Shown: positions 25,739 to 38,957 of the stretch, piece after piece
How the letters are laid out: every line of letters starts with the position of its first letter
Numbering within the stretch: position 1 is the first letter of the stretch
From: Lepidodermella squamata
Taxonomy: Eukaryota; Animalia; Gastrotricha
DNA length: 64,000 bases
Reading direction: 5' to 3'
Assembly (NCBI GenBank): GCA_047495785.1
Contig: JBLDXI010000019.1
Location: 2,170,001 to 2,234,000 of the forward strand
Notes under the pieces: model-generated
The model's database searches: none
What the model saw: only the letters and a program-made list of their open reading frames with translations
Told to the model about the DNA's origin: nothing
Position numbers and translations under genes: made by a program

Positions 25739-26246
25739 CAGTGAAAATCAAAAGTTACGCACGGTCAGGAATTTGCTGTTGAAACTAAAAATATCTCACT
25801 CGCGCCCAAGCTATTTTAGCTCCAAGCTTGGGTTGAACTCAGCAAAAAATGAAAAGCGTAACTCGGACAGACCAAAAAGTTTTAATAGTTTCAAAAATAT
25901 GAATATTCATAAGGTGCTAATTAGTATTCCGAAGCCCTCAAAGTTGATAATTATGTCAGAAAAATTATGGAACAATTATTTTTAATTTGTTATAACCTTA
26001 CTTTGAGTGCTCAAATTTTTCTGTAATTTTTGGCACTTAACTAAGAATGTCCTAGTTTCATGACATCTCATGAATATATTCATATTATTGAAGCTATTCC
26101 CCTTTTCCTTGGAGCTATTTTTGGAGATCGTGAAAAGGCGTCATTTTGGTCCGTTTTGCTGGGGATAAACAGCCATATTTCGCACGTGCAAAAATGTCAA
26201 CTAGCATCGCCTCAATTCCACTTTGCGGATCTTTTGATTGTCACTG
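25739..26246. mobile_element. Non-autonomous Tc1/mariner-type element just 3' of copy 1
   Basis: Imperfect TIRs CAGTGAAAATCAAAAGTTACGC / GCGGATCTTTTGATTGTCACTG, flanked by TA. Confidence 0.65.
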
Positions 26247-26832
26247 TATAGCTGATTTGAAACTATGTATTCACTTTGACCTAGGTCGGTTTGAAAGATT
26301 ATAGACAGAATAGTGATTATTTGTTATCAATCGAATACCTCTGCTTAATTGGAGGGCAATATGTTTTTCGTTGTACAGAATGTGCACAGCTATTCTTGCA
26401 GGTCTTCGCCCGTTTCACATATTTCCTCTCTCGGTGACTGTATTGTGATTGTCTCTGTTCAAGTAAAAATGGGAACAAACGGGCAAAGTCTACAATTACT
26501 CATGACGAATTCTTACAGTGAAGTCTAATAAATGTCAACCAAAGCCCTTAGGATACGAAATGAGCCAGGTCCAAACATGAACAACAACAAAAGTTCAGAT
26601 GTGAACGCCTTTACTGAATTTCAATGTTTGAAGCTCTGGGATCGTGCCCGTGTCGTACCCAAATGATAGTTTTTAACATGAATAATGCAGGTGTTTATCG
26701 AAATAATTCATGAAAATTAGAAATGCCGGATAAACTCTATGCAGTTCTTATCATGTTCAACTCATGTTTAGTCTCGATGACTCTTACTCGGAGGTCACAG
26801 TGAAAATAGGTCCCTTCACGGCAAGTAACATA

Positions 26833-28871
26833 TTGTCGTCGGTGCGGCCAAAAGTAATATGTCCAAGAGTGGTAATTTTGAGATAAATCGTAAAAACAGC
26901 TTTATTTTCGAAATTTTCAGTAAAATATGTCACCGAGTTGACCAAGGGTGTAGTTGATCACGGCGGATCGAATGGCGCCGGCCATTTCCACCGCTTTTGC
27001 GATGCACCGTTTTTGCGCCATCGAGACATTCGTTGGACATATTACTGTTTTGTACCTTTTGTTTTTGTGTTATGGTGTTTTAATATAGGGTGGTTCGATT
27101 CCCCGTGCACACTTCCATTTTTTAAGCTATTTTATTTTGAAGCGTGAAAAGAGTTATTTCTCACTTGTATTTACAACATCGCGCTTCTGTGGTTCGATCC
27201 CTCATGCATCTGCGTGCATCTATTTATTCGGCGATTTTTACGCTATCATTTTGCTCGCGGTTTTGAGTGATTGTTTGCTGGACATATTACTTTTGGTGCC
27301 ATTTTCGAACTCGTGCCATGGACATATTACTGTTGATTCTGCCTACAAAGTGGCCTGGTAAAAAAAGGCACAAAAGTGGACATATTACTTTTGATCCCTG
27401 GGGTGTTTTTTTTTATTCGACCCGGCTTGCCCGCGCCCGCACTGCCCGCACACGTTCATTTATTCCGCCCGGACCGCCCGAACATCCACGGGCGCCCGAA
27501 CACATTTTTTTATTAGCCCGGCTTGCCCGCACTCTACACATCGCCCACAACGCCCGGCCTTGCAAGACCGGGCAGCTGCGGGAAAAGTGATCACGCACGC
27601 GATTCGAAGCAGCAAAAAAATGCAAAAAACACTAAATATCAGTGATCAAGTAGTGCTAGTGATCAATTTCTACTACTGAATAACGATTCAGAAAATAATA
27701 AAATAAATGCAAATAATTTGAAGATAATTATGCTCGGTACTGCAAAATCGCAGCGATTGACAAGCGACTCCGGATGGGTACTTCAATTTATCAATTAACA
27801 TCAATTACAACAATTTATCTCAAATGACCTCACATTGGAATTTCTTTAAATTATGTTTGCTTTGCTGTATCGAACCGAGAGTTTCGATGAAATTCGGATC
27901 GCTTTTCATCGTAGACTAATGTATCAAGTGGTAGAAAGATACCGAAAACCGTATTAATTATCAAATTATAATATCGCCGCATTAAACAGTAAACAGCCCC
28001 TAATTAATATTTTATCAAATCCAAATTATTGAATCAGTTAACGCGTATTTTCTTAATCTTTTCGGGATTTTGGAGCTGAGTTTAAGAACAGGTCTGCCCA
28101 GTATACCATGGCGATTTTCGCAAAATTTTGAAATTCAAAATTCCAGCCACCGTTCAAAATATTACCATATGGCATAACAATTTTGGAATATTGGTGAATG
28201 ATGGGAGTCATAATGAGGTCGAATTTATCCAGAGCTGAAGCGAGTCGAACACCGAAATTAAATTTTGCGTGGCGAATCACCTAGACCATCAGGTCGACCA
28301 GGCCTGTTTCGCAGAATATCTTCAGCTGAAGAATGGGAATTTGCGATCAAAAATATCTGTAGATTTTATCCTTCATAAGTCAAGTTGGACTGGAATGATG
28401 CGAATAATATTTTCCCTTAATTTGTGAGCATCATCATAAATCAGCTATCGCAGTAAAAACTCGCAAAAATATGAGTTATTAGCACTAGAGCCCGCATGCA
28501 TTTTTTTACTCGCCCGTATTTCCCAGCTCGCCCGCGTAGAAGTTGTTTTGAAAAAAATATGTTTTCGGGCCGCCCGCACAGCCCGGATTTTTTTATTCAC
28601 GTCGCCCGTGACGCCCAACTCGCCGCCCGGAAGAAAAAGCCGGGGAATAAAAAAATGTGCACACGCCCGCAAAACCCGTATTTTTTTATTGCTCGGCCGT
28701 ACAATCCGCCGGATCTCCCCGGGGGCAGTGGGGAATAAAAAAAACACCCCTGGCGAATTTTGAGATGCGGTTTTCCGAATAATGACCGGCGTTAAATTCT
28801 GAATTCGGAACTATAAAAATCTCATTTTCGATTTTGGATGGACATATTACTTTTGGCCGCACCGACGACGA
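26833..28871. mobile_element. Non-autonomous Tc1/mariner-type element (~2 kb)
   Basis: ~33-bp TIRs (T[T/C]GTCGTCGGTGCGGCCAAAAGTAATATGTCCA), TA duplication, internal GGACATATTACT repeats. Confidence 0.85.
27401..28749. mobile_element. Nested non-autonomous element, PIF/Harbinger-like
   Basis: TIRs GGGTGTTTTTTTT(T)ATTC / GAATAAAAAAAACACCC, 3-bp CTG duplication, subterminal GCCCG-rich repeats. Confidence 0.7.
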
Positions 28872-28878
28872 TATACGG

Positions 28879-30277
28879 CATTATGTTTCCGATTTTCCGG
28901 GTCAAAGTCCATTGTCAGCCATTGCTGTCATCCATCAGCCACAGTCAGCTCGCGTGTTGTCGTCCAGAGAGCTTGGTGACTTGGTGACTTGGTGACTTGG
29001 TCGTGTCATTGCAATTTTCAATGCAAATTTCGCATGATTTTTCCAGGTGTTACTTATTACACTGCAGCACATATAGTTTGTTCAGAAAATGATCGGGAAG
29101 TCTCTTGCAACCTGCTATCAAGAAACGGGTGAATTGCGGTTACGTCTATGTTAATCTCTTGCGTTTAGTTCGTAACGAGTTTTTCAAGTAATTCAGGGAC
29201 TTTTAACCACTGTTTAATAACATGGCCAACGATGGTGGATCAAAATGATGCAATTAAACATTTTACAGGTTTGGTGCTACAAAATCATGACATGAGTAGC
29301 ACTGAGATTAAAGATTTGCCGAGCGGGCGCAACTCAATGTTACCATGTGTTAATTGGAGTCAAATCAAAGCTAATTTCCGTCTTTTAGGTGAAAAGGAGA
29401 CATCACACCAAGATGTATGCTTATTATCAAACAGAATATTTTTAGCAGAGCCAAATTTGCTTGTTGCATACAATATCCGGGTGGATATCATTGGTAGATA
29501 GCACGATGGATATTGGCCTGAAGGCAAGAAGGCTTTCTATGTGGGCCAGGGGCGCAGCCGAACGCCGGAATGGTGGCCTGAAGGACGAATATCCATCGCT
29601 GTCCACCGATAAGACCCGGATATGGTTGTTATCCGGCGTCAAAAATCATAAAATCCGGATAACGGAGCCTAAGTTTAGATCCTGGCACCATAAACGCAAC
29701 CAAGTTAAAAACAGTGACTTTTTTAAAAATGCAGGAAAATCGGCAAATAAGGCAAAGCAGGCCATGATCTCAAAGCGATGATCAGGCCTTATGCAGAAAA
29801 TTGTTTTGGATTTCTGCTTATCAATCGCGATATTTTCCAGAAATATTTGAAAATTCATTACTTCTGCAAATGCATTCTGCTTCCCATCTTATTCAGTTTT
29901 ACCCCAAGCTAAAAGTCAGTAAAAAGTGTATTTATGTTTTCCTTTCCCCTAAATTCAATTTCTCAAAACAATTTGTTTGTAAGTCATCAAAACATAGATA
30001 CCTTGACCTGAAAAATTATCAAAACGAAAAGCTTGTCGATGATGTCATGGTTATTGATGATACAGGTACAAAATAAAGGTTATAGGTGCTGCAGTGTAAT
30101 AAGTAACACCTGGAAAAATCATGCGAAATTTGCATTGAAAATTGCAATGACACGACCAAGTCACCAAGTCACCAAGTCACCAAGCTCTCTGGACGACAAC
30201 ACGCGAGCTGACTGTGGCTGATGGATGACAGCAATGGCTGACAATGGACTTTGACCCGGAAAATCGGAAACATAATG
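28879..30277. mobile_element. Non-autonomous element with 192-bp TIRs (CMC/CACTA-like termini)
   Basis: 28879..29070 is the near-perfect reverse complement of 30086..30277. Ends are CA...TG with a 2-bp GG duplication. CTTGGTGA tandem motif within the TIR. Confidence 0.85.
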
Positions 30278-31779
30278 GGCTTCGCTTTTATTCTGTCGAA
30301 CAAAGCTGCCATTTACCGGCCGAGCACCGGGTCCATACTTGCCAACGAATGGCAGTTTGTTGTTAGGCGGGATAAGCATCTGGGTAACAGAGTTCTCGCC
30401 TCACTGATTTTTGTATCTGTAATTGTCTTATGTCTATAACTCTCTTCATGCTACCTTACGCAAAGATCAAATTAAAAAAACAAAAATCATTAAGTGACTT
30501 GGAAGTTCATGATTCATTTGCTCGGCAAAACCGACCTATAATGTTTATGAGCTGAAAAATTCGTTAAGCGAAATGCATTAAGCGCATTTTTCGGAAAATT
30601 GATCTGTGTTAATATTTTATGCCTGAAGTTTGTACATTTCAGTAATTCAGCAAGGAATGGTGCTAAGTGATGATTTCCCATTATCGAGACTTCGTTTTCA
30701 TCGAAATTGTCCAATTAGAACGCGCTGAATCAGCAACAATCGCTTCGTAACTGAGCTGACAATTGTACTGAGTGCGTCTATAATGAGCAATCAAAACCAG
30801 GCAGGGTTCAGAAAAATGCTCCCGTGCCTGATAGACCGATAGCATACTTGCCAATCATTTCAATTGCAGCTAAAATGGAATTTAAAATTCAAAAACAAAT
30901 AATGCTAAGAAAATTGAATATCTGATGATAATATCCCAACTAATGAGACGAAAACTCAATTTTTTCAGGAGGCTTCAATTACAGTACATAGCGGTATCAG
31001 CTGGCTTTTCTGCAAAGTTGTTCCCGCGTCGAATCGAGTACTAAATCGATTAAAAATTCCTTTTAATTTTAACCTGAAATAAGCTACCAATAAATTTAAG
31101 ATGTCTTGCACATGACCCTGAAATGCAATAAAACAGGGAATTTGTTAGTTTTTGCCTTAAATTGCTCCTGTTACCTGTCCCAATAAAGCCTTTTTCGGTA
31201 CCGAATAAGAGTGCTTGGGCTATTAAGTTGAATTGCGGAAAAAATACGCATCGATATTTCAAAAATGTGCGCGCGCACAAGGTCACGACGCAGCGAGAAC
31301 AATAATGCGGGCACCCCATTGTGCCACTTAACCTCTGTTGACTGATAGTGCGCGCACATGAAGCGATTCCATACTTTTACTCCAAGGTACTCACTCCACA
31401 ACTATTGGACAAGCCGTGTGCTCGCGACGATTTCGTTTGTTCAAATGCGCGCCCAATCCGCAATCCTGAACGAACGCATTGTTTCTGTAGTTTGCGAATA
31501 GTAGCTACGACAGTCGCGCGACACTGATTCGACACTAGCGATTGTCGGGAGTCAGAGAACACAGACGTGATTGTCGCGTGCAATAGCGAGACTGTCGCGC
31601 ATTTAAGAGGGCGCGCGCGACAAATCGCGCATTCGTAAATCCACCTTTATACCGTGGCAATCTGTTTGAGCTAGAATGCCGCTCACTCCATTAACACCCG
31701 AGCCATTTGCCGCGCGAGGCGACTACGGCGAGTCCGCCCGCGCCGCCGTATTCGAGAGCTAAATGGAGATATTTTGCAG

Positions 31780-31915
31780 CCACTCAATAGCAAGCATCCA
31801 AAGGCCCTTGGAAAGACAAGCTCTTGGGTAAGTCGAAAACCGGGGAAGTCATTTGCATGAATTTTCGCATGAATTATAAATACTTTGCCCATTGATAAAC
31901 AAGCACTCATCTTAC
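31780..31915 (+). promoter_or_regulatory. Upstream block conserved between channel copies 2 and 3 (paralog at ~38680..38810)
   Basis: Shared CAAG(C/T)ATCCAAAG, CGGGGAAG, ATTTGCA and TGATAAACAAGCACT blocks 80-280 nt upstream of both ATGs. Confidence 0.5.
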
Positions 31916-31992
31916 ATTTCGCAGCCGAGCTAACAGATTATTTCCACGTCCAAAACACGATTTTCCATCAAAATTGTTCTACCTTCAAAGTG

Positions 31993-34900
31993 ATGCAAGG
32001 GATTGTGGCATATTTGGGTTTGTAAACATGACTGGAAACTAATGTCAGATTTCCTTATTCCCCTCCTCTCAGTGTTTGTGGCTGGAATAGCCAGATGTCA
32101 AAACTTGATGTGTTCTGGTGGAGTCTACCAACCTCAATATTCTCTCAACGACACAACAGGCCAAACGACATATTGGGACTACTTTTACAACGCAAACATG
32201 AATAACGTCAACCAAAATCTAGGAACGACCCGCTTGATAGCGGCAAATGTCCCAGCTGACGGGGCAGTTTGGGCGAAAACGGTATTTCTCAGGTTAAGTA
32301 TGACGGAGAATTTAACCCCATTTTCACAGCCTTTCGTGCTCGATGACTTCTACGCAGAAGTTACCATGAAAATTGGACCATTCAATGACTCAAGAACTTA
32401 TGGTTTTGCATTTTTGTTAACGAACAAAGCCGGTATATATCGACCAACCAATGGCTCTATCTTAGACAACGAGTGGCAGTATGGTGTTAAGCGGGGAAAC
32501 CATTTGGGTATGAAATGAAGCGATCTGCCATTTAATGGTATTAAAAATATTTTCAAGGAGTGACCATCTTCATGTTGCCTGATGCAAAGGGAGTTGCCGG
32601 TGGGTTTTTCAGTGAAACTGACGCTAAAAGATGGTGGAGTTGGGGCCCTAATAGCTGTGGCACCCTTGAATGGTGTTGGCAGTCAACAAATTCGTTCGTG
32701 GACCAATTCTACAAAAATCAACAGGTCACGTGGATGATAAGGATTCAAAATCGAGTTCTCTCTGTAGACGCCTGCATTTTTGGAACAAGCACCTGCACGA
32801 AGACGCTGAGTAACATTGCAATGCCAACATCTTTCCAGACGACTTTTGGTCACATCTCGACTTATCTCGGAATTGCAGCTTCCGAGCGATTCTCAGGGGT
32901 CAATATCGACCTGATTTCCGTCAACGTTTGGCAATGTGGAACCTCAGCCGCGACAACATCACCTGTGAGCTTCTAGTGAAGCTATTTTTCTCTAAACTTG
33001 AAATGTCCGCGTTTTCAGGTCAAGCCTCAACCTTTGATGTGTCCTGACGGAGCTCACAAGCCCCTGCTCTCATTCGAAAAGCAGACTGAATTCAGCTCGA
33101 ATTGGCTGTACTATCGCTACCCCAATCTGAACCTCAGCAGCCAAACTAGTCCTTGTGCAGTGCGATTGGTGGATGAAACATCCCACATCGTTGGATCAAT
33201 GTGGGCGAAAGCTGTAAGTTATTTTTTGAATGAACGGCTAAGTAGCTTATCCCTTTCTCAATACCAGCCATTTGACTTGGATGATTTTTACATCGAAGTG
33301 GTTGCTGAGATGAAGTTCGATACGTCTACCACACCAGACGGATGGATCCTTACGATCTCTAATCAAGATGGAATCAACAGACCATTCAACAACTTTTACT
33401 CTTCTGGAGATTATAATTTTGGCATGAACCGTTGGAGTGTTCTCGGTAATTGTCATGTGAAAAGCTCGTCGTAATACTTCTTGCTGCTTAATACAGGATT
33501 CACGGTTTACATGTTTCCTGACAGGAACGCTGTTATGGCAAATTTCATGAACGTAACCGATGGAAACAAGTGGTATGGCTACTGCTCGTGGGTGGATTGG
33601 TGTTACCCGGTCGGCCAATTTTTCTTCGACTCTTACTACTCAGCCATCGCTTTGTGGCAGATCCGAGTTCAGCAGAATAACTTGACTATCGACGTTTGCA
33701 ACTACGGCACCAGTATCTGCCAGAGAACAATTCAAGTTACGATGAACAAAACATTGGGATCAACCTTTGCTGGTTGGAACATGTCGTTGGGCATCGGGGC
33801 TCAGGATGACATCACGGAGCTGTCTCCGGTTGATATTTATTCGGTGAACGTATGGGATTGCTCGACATCAACGCCCTCGGCTACCGTTAGCCCGACTAAC
33901 TGGGTACTGCCAGCTGGCGCTTCGTTCGGCCCAGCGAGCTGTTTGGCAACAACTACTACTAATGCTGCATTATCTTCGGCAAGTCTTACGCCTTCGACTT
34001 CACCAGTCGCCGTTACGTCAACATCAGCTTCGAAATCGACAGGAGGCCAAACAATTACTTCGTCAAAGTCCAGTAGTACGTCCCCTGGGACTCCAGTGGT
34101 AAGTAGTTCCACAACTTCGATTGCAACTTCGCCAACAGTTTCAGCCAACGTTACAAGTGGCGGCAATTCGAGTAAGCCTAGGAATACAATTTCATCCGGA
34201 ATATAACAATTTTATAACAGATACCGACGTGATACAGAGCAAACTGGCGTCATTTGCAACATTTTCATCTCAACAACTGCAAATGCTTATCAAGTTCGTG
34301 GATGAAATTTCCGAACTTCCGATGGCTAATATCACAGCTAAAGAACTGCAGAAAGAATGTAAAGACTTCTTGCCTACCAGAACTGCTCCACCACCAAATG
34401 AAACTTCGCCAGTATTCGGCATCAGACCGGCACTAGGGATAGATAAGTTGATCGAAATCGACACTGTAGAACAAAAGATTTCAGTGGTAGGTACTTTACT
34501 CCTTTCGTGGTCAGTCACAACCTGTCCAGCTGAAAGTGTCGATATATTTTCCAATCGACCAACGGAACAACTATACGTTGCCCAAACGAGTGAAGTCTGG
34601 ACCCCGGCTTTCAGATTCGTCAACAGTGTAAGTGGAACAATCTACATGCAGAACAAGGACGAATTCGGTGAAGACTTGATAGTAACTATGGATAAGCAAT
34701 CGACCTCGCCAAATCGATCCATCGACTTCTTTTGGTTGAAAGATGGCATCTTCTCGGCATCATGCAAGTTGGACCTCAGCGACTTTCCTTACGATCAGCA
34801 GAGTTGCTTATTCATTTTTGCCTTGAATCGAGCTGTTGGCCTCGTCTCATTTCAAAGCCCGATATTTTTGTGGCAAAGTGAAGATGTCGCCGGTAACTGG

Positions 34901-35455
34901 CGGTACCTAGGCCATTCGTCTGGGCTGGTAACCAGTCGTTACAAAGGGAAGCAGGTTAGCACGGTTTATTACGCCGTAACGCTGGGTCGAAATCCCGAGT
35001 TCTACTTGTTCAACGTCGTCATGCCTTGTGCGTTGCTCTTCGTAATGGAAATCGCGTCTTTTTTCCTACCACCTGCTTTTCCGGATAGACCAGCTTTCAC
35101 CATGACTGTTCTACTCGCATTTGGCGTGGCGCAATCCAGTGTTGTTAGTCTCATTCCACAGACATCGAATCGGAATCTATTAGCTGATTACGTGAGCGGT
35201 CTGTCATGGATGTGCAGTGTTTGCGGCCTGTATCAACTTGTTGTTTGCTGTTATGAATGTTGCGATGCTAGGGATTTATCCACTAGCAAATTGAGCAAGG
35301 AACCTTCTTTTCTGGAGTTGATCTCTGTTCGCATCGGTTTTGTTCGTTGCTTCGATATTGCCTGCGCCTTTATGTGTGTTATTGCTTTCATCAGTCTGCA
35401 TGGCTATTTAGCTTATGTAAATTCGATTGTGGAAATCAGCACCCGTTCTGGATAA
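31993..35455 (+). CDS. Lectin-fused Cys-loop ligand-gated ion channel subunit, copy 2 (1033 aa); exons 31993..32017, 32073..32281, 32330..32507, 32558..32964, 33019..33213, 33268..33445, 33497..34171, 34221..35455
   Basis: All seven introns are canonical GT-AG (48-55 nt) and the frame is continuous. Signal MQGIVAYLVFVAGIARC, two L-lectin domains, ~80-aa S/T stalk, Cys-loop CKLDLSDFPYDQQSC, PDRPAFTMTVLLAF M2. Confidence 0.9.
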
Positions 35456-36206
35456 ATATTGAACATAAGCGATTTATTAATTATTTTATTTTACCTTTTA
35501 GCTTCAACTTATTCTTCTTGATCAGCAAGCTTTTATGCATTAGGTATTTCCACGACATTTGCACAAGATGATGGTGAAGCGGTGTGTAGATTGAATTCAG
35601 TGAGCTAGTGCGAAAAAATTCTGTAGCAATTGATTCAGATATATCCACCGTCACACCCTGCTACTTGAATCATTCGAACTAACACACATCTCCATACCTA
35701 GCGCTGAAGCAAATTTGTAACTTTTGTTTTTCAGTCTTCAGCTTGACTGGCTTTGTGCATCTTGTGAGCCTGGTTGCTTTAGGAGCCTTGAAATGAGCCC
35801 GTCGACTTGACAGAGAACTGAGGAGACTCTATCCAGCTTCAGAAATATTTCAATTTTTTTTTAGGATCAGGTTAAGCTCTTAATTTTATTTTTCGCTAAT
35901 GCTGTTCTCATGTTTTTCAGCATGTACATTTGTTACTGTTTCTTCTCGGATGGGAACAATTTGAAATTGTTGAATTTTATTTAAAAGCTCAACATCTTTC
36001 GCAGATGCATCAGCAGGTGGAAGTGCCTATTGCAAGCTTGATGATCAAGAATTTGAAGTTGAAGATCAGCAAGTCGAACTCGATTTTAGATTTCTTTTTT
36101 CATTTTCTTCTTCGTAATTGCATCTGTTTTGGTTTTGTTGTAAGTCTGATGATCAAAGGAGGTCTTTTTGAAACTCCGCGAGTTAAACAAAAATATATTC
36201 TAAATC

Positions 36207-36699
36207 CGTTAGCGTTTCGGTATAACTCTCCATTTGACGGTAACTCCATCTCGTCATTGTTCTCTAGTTGCGGTAAATAGTTTACCGTAAACGGCACTAC
36301 ACTGCGACACTAAAGCGTAAAATACTCGCGTGCGGTAAAATTAAATTCTCTGCGGTAATTTCAGCTCATATCATCTTGCGGGAACAGTAGGAATTACAAG
36401 CATATTAAGGAGGAATAGAAATGGAGTTGGAACTGCGCTAAGGTTATATGATGGTGTGCGCGCGCAGCCGCCGCGTACTTACAATACAGCGTGTTACGCA
36501 ACCGCTGTAGCGCATTGCTTCGAGCCGCAAGCCACAAGCTTTGGCCGCAAGTGCTTCTGTGGTAAAAATAACGCCGCGTGCGGTAAAAATTAACTTACGC
36601 GGCGCCGTTAGTTTTACCGCACGAGCATTAAGTAACCTGGTTTGCGTGCTGCGGTAAAATACTTACCGTCAAATGGAGACTTATACCGAAACGCTAACG
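36207..36699. mobile_element. MITE (493 bp)
   Basis: ~37-bp TIRs CGTTAGCGTTTCGGTATAA..CTCCATTTGACGGTAA, 4-bp AATC duplication, internal GCGGTAAA repeats. Confidence 0.8.
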
Positions 36700-38957
36700 A
36701 ATCGCCAAGGATTGCTTGATTTTTAGATTGGTCTCTATTTTATTTCTGCCGTCCCCACCCATTTTTGTCTCTTTGATAGATCGATTTGTGTCTATTTAAT
36801 TTGGTAAATGGTCTCTATCAAATTAGAGTTTGTCACTGTATTGAGAACCGCCCCTGTTTTGTTTACATCGCAACGCCACAATAAAAGCCATCAAATCAGA
36901 CTTGTCCGCAATTTGATTTAACTAGACAAGATAAAAAGTTAAGTTACTTGCTGTTATCGGGGACAGCCATCTCGAACGGAATCTGCTGCATAGCCAATGT
37001 ACCTGAAGTAGTTGGGTGAAATTCATCGCATAGACCAAATCCTGCGATTTCTCTTAGCGGCACAATTTTCCTTCTCAACATACGAGGCAAAGCTCGAAGA
37101 AATGAGGTGGGCAAGATGCAATACAGCGACCTTTTCACGCGGAATTTTCGCCGCGGACACCTCATACCAATCTTGATACCGTGAAACTAAGATCTCACAC
37201 CCCCTTGTTGATATACGCAGTGTGCGACTTTCAGGGAGAATGGGGATAATCCTCGCCAACTCGGACGGGCCAGACAACAAAATGAGAATTTATCCCACTG
37301 TTTCGTTAATTTTAATAGGTTTTGGAGCGTGTTTTAGTGGAATATCTTCAACGTGTTCTCTCGCTTCGCTCGCTTTTTTCGCTGTTGGTAAAAATAGCAA
37401 AAAAGCAAGTTTCCATCCCTGGCAGCTCTGGGATCCAAGATCCCAACCTGGATATACGTTGGATTGAGAGAGGGATGATTTACCTCATACCGTCGTATCT
37501 GAATCTTTTCACCGTTAACACTATATTTATCAATGATGATTCACATTAGACAAATGCCTAATTACCTCAGTGAGGCACCTGGCTGGCTGATTTGCATATG
37601 CCTGAAACATGCAATAAATCAATCAAAATAAACAAAAGGCAATAAAATCGAAAAATCCGAAATTACCGAAACTATCGAATCGACAACCCTGCTGGCAAAT
37701 CCGAGATCAGACTCCTCTTCAGTACCATCGATCTTTTCTCGGAAAAATTGATCTGTATGCACATTTCAGGTCCAAGGTCTCTCACTATCAGTAATTCGGC
37801 GGGGGACGGCGTCAGATAAAACTTTTGTAAATTCATCAAATTTGATAATCGTCCAATTAGAAGGTGTCGAATCGGCAATTACCGCTTCGTGAATGGACCG
37901 ATAAAAAATTACGAATTACAGAAATTAGGCCTGACTGACATTAAGTTGGTAAATTCCAAAGCGAGAAATCAATATATCAGAACGTCCATCAAAAATGGTT
38001 CAGAATGCATAATCAGGAGGACATCAGGCTATCAAGACAAAAAGGGTTTGGTAAAATCGACAGGAATCAATCACAGTTTCCCACCTATCGAAAACGAATG
38101 GTTTGTAACGAATAAAACGTGCCAATTAGTGCCTGGAGGGTATTTCCGTTGTATCGGGATGGAATTAAAAGGCAAAGTTAAGCATAATTAGATCCGTGTT
38201 GAACTCTTGAATTATGAGTTTAATACCGAAAACTGTTGGGTTTGAAGTTTAGTCAAAAGTTGAGCTGTAACCTTGTGCGTAACGATCTCTTTGAAGTTGG
38301 AGCTCAGTCCGTGAACTCATAGACATACTTTAAGATAGGCTGCCTACTCACGAGAAAGCGAATAAAACGGGAAATCGACAGGGATGAAAGAAAAATTGAA
38401 ACGATTGTCGACGGCTCTAAAACGCGGCCGGGGGTGAGGTTTCTTTCAAGCCAATGTTTGATCTCCAACAAGTTTTTATTTAATTTTAACAATGTTTAGA
38501 AGTTTCTCGGTGGACGAGTCAGCTCGTTCCATCAACCCTTCTCCCCAGTCACGTGCGACAAATTGCAAGTCCATTAACCCAGCTCAATTCTCAGACGCGA
38601 CAAAAACTTCGATTATGCATGCGGTGAACGCATGCTGGACAGTTGCCAAGTGCTAAAAGCTCGACAAGTTTGTCTGCAATCACTTAATGGCAAGTATCCA
38701 AAGACCCTAGGATCGACACACTCTTAATAATGTTGAATGTCGGGGAAGCTATTTGCAAAAAATTATCGCATCAATTATTAATCCTTAGTGATAAACAAGC
38801 ACTTGCCTTACTATTTGCGGAATGAAGCAGACACCGCCGTAGCAATCAGATGCTTTTAACGTGGAAAATAATATTTCTATATTAAAATAGAAAAATAGCT
38901 ACATTAAAATAGCTCGGTTGTCTTCTTCGTTCAGATTCGGAGGAAAAATCGAAAGTA

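Larger units (their letters stand above)
26770..30465 (+). pseudogene. Relic of a further lectin-channel paralog (exon 3 and start of exon 4) split by transposons
   Basis: Removing the insertions and their TSDs restores in-frame LDDSYSEVTVKIGPFTASNIYGFAFILSNKAAIYRPSTGSILANEWQFVVRRDKHLG|gt, followed by ITLFMLPYAK. Clearly homologous to copies 2 and 3. Confidence 0.85.

Noticed and set aside
27413-28763. Arg/Ala/Pro-rich ORFs and spaced GCCCG / GGACATATTACT repeats as genes or a CRISPR array
   Set aside because: They are subterminal repeats of nested transposons with irregular spacing, in eukaryotic DNA with no cas genes.
35580-36200. Possible retroelement ORF1 remnant (RPPLIIRL on the minus strand)
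   Set aside because: Too short and degraded, with no RT or endonuclease motifs.
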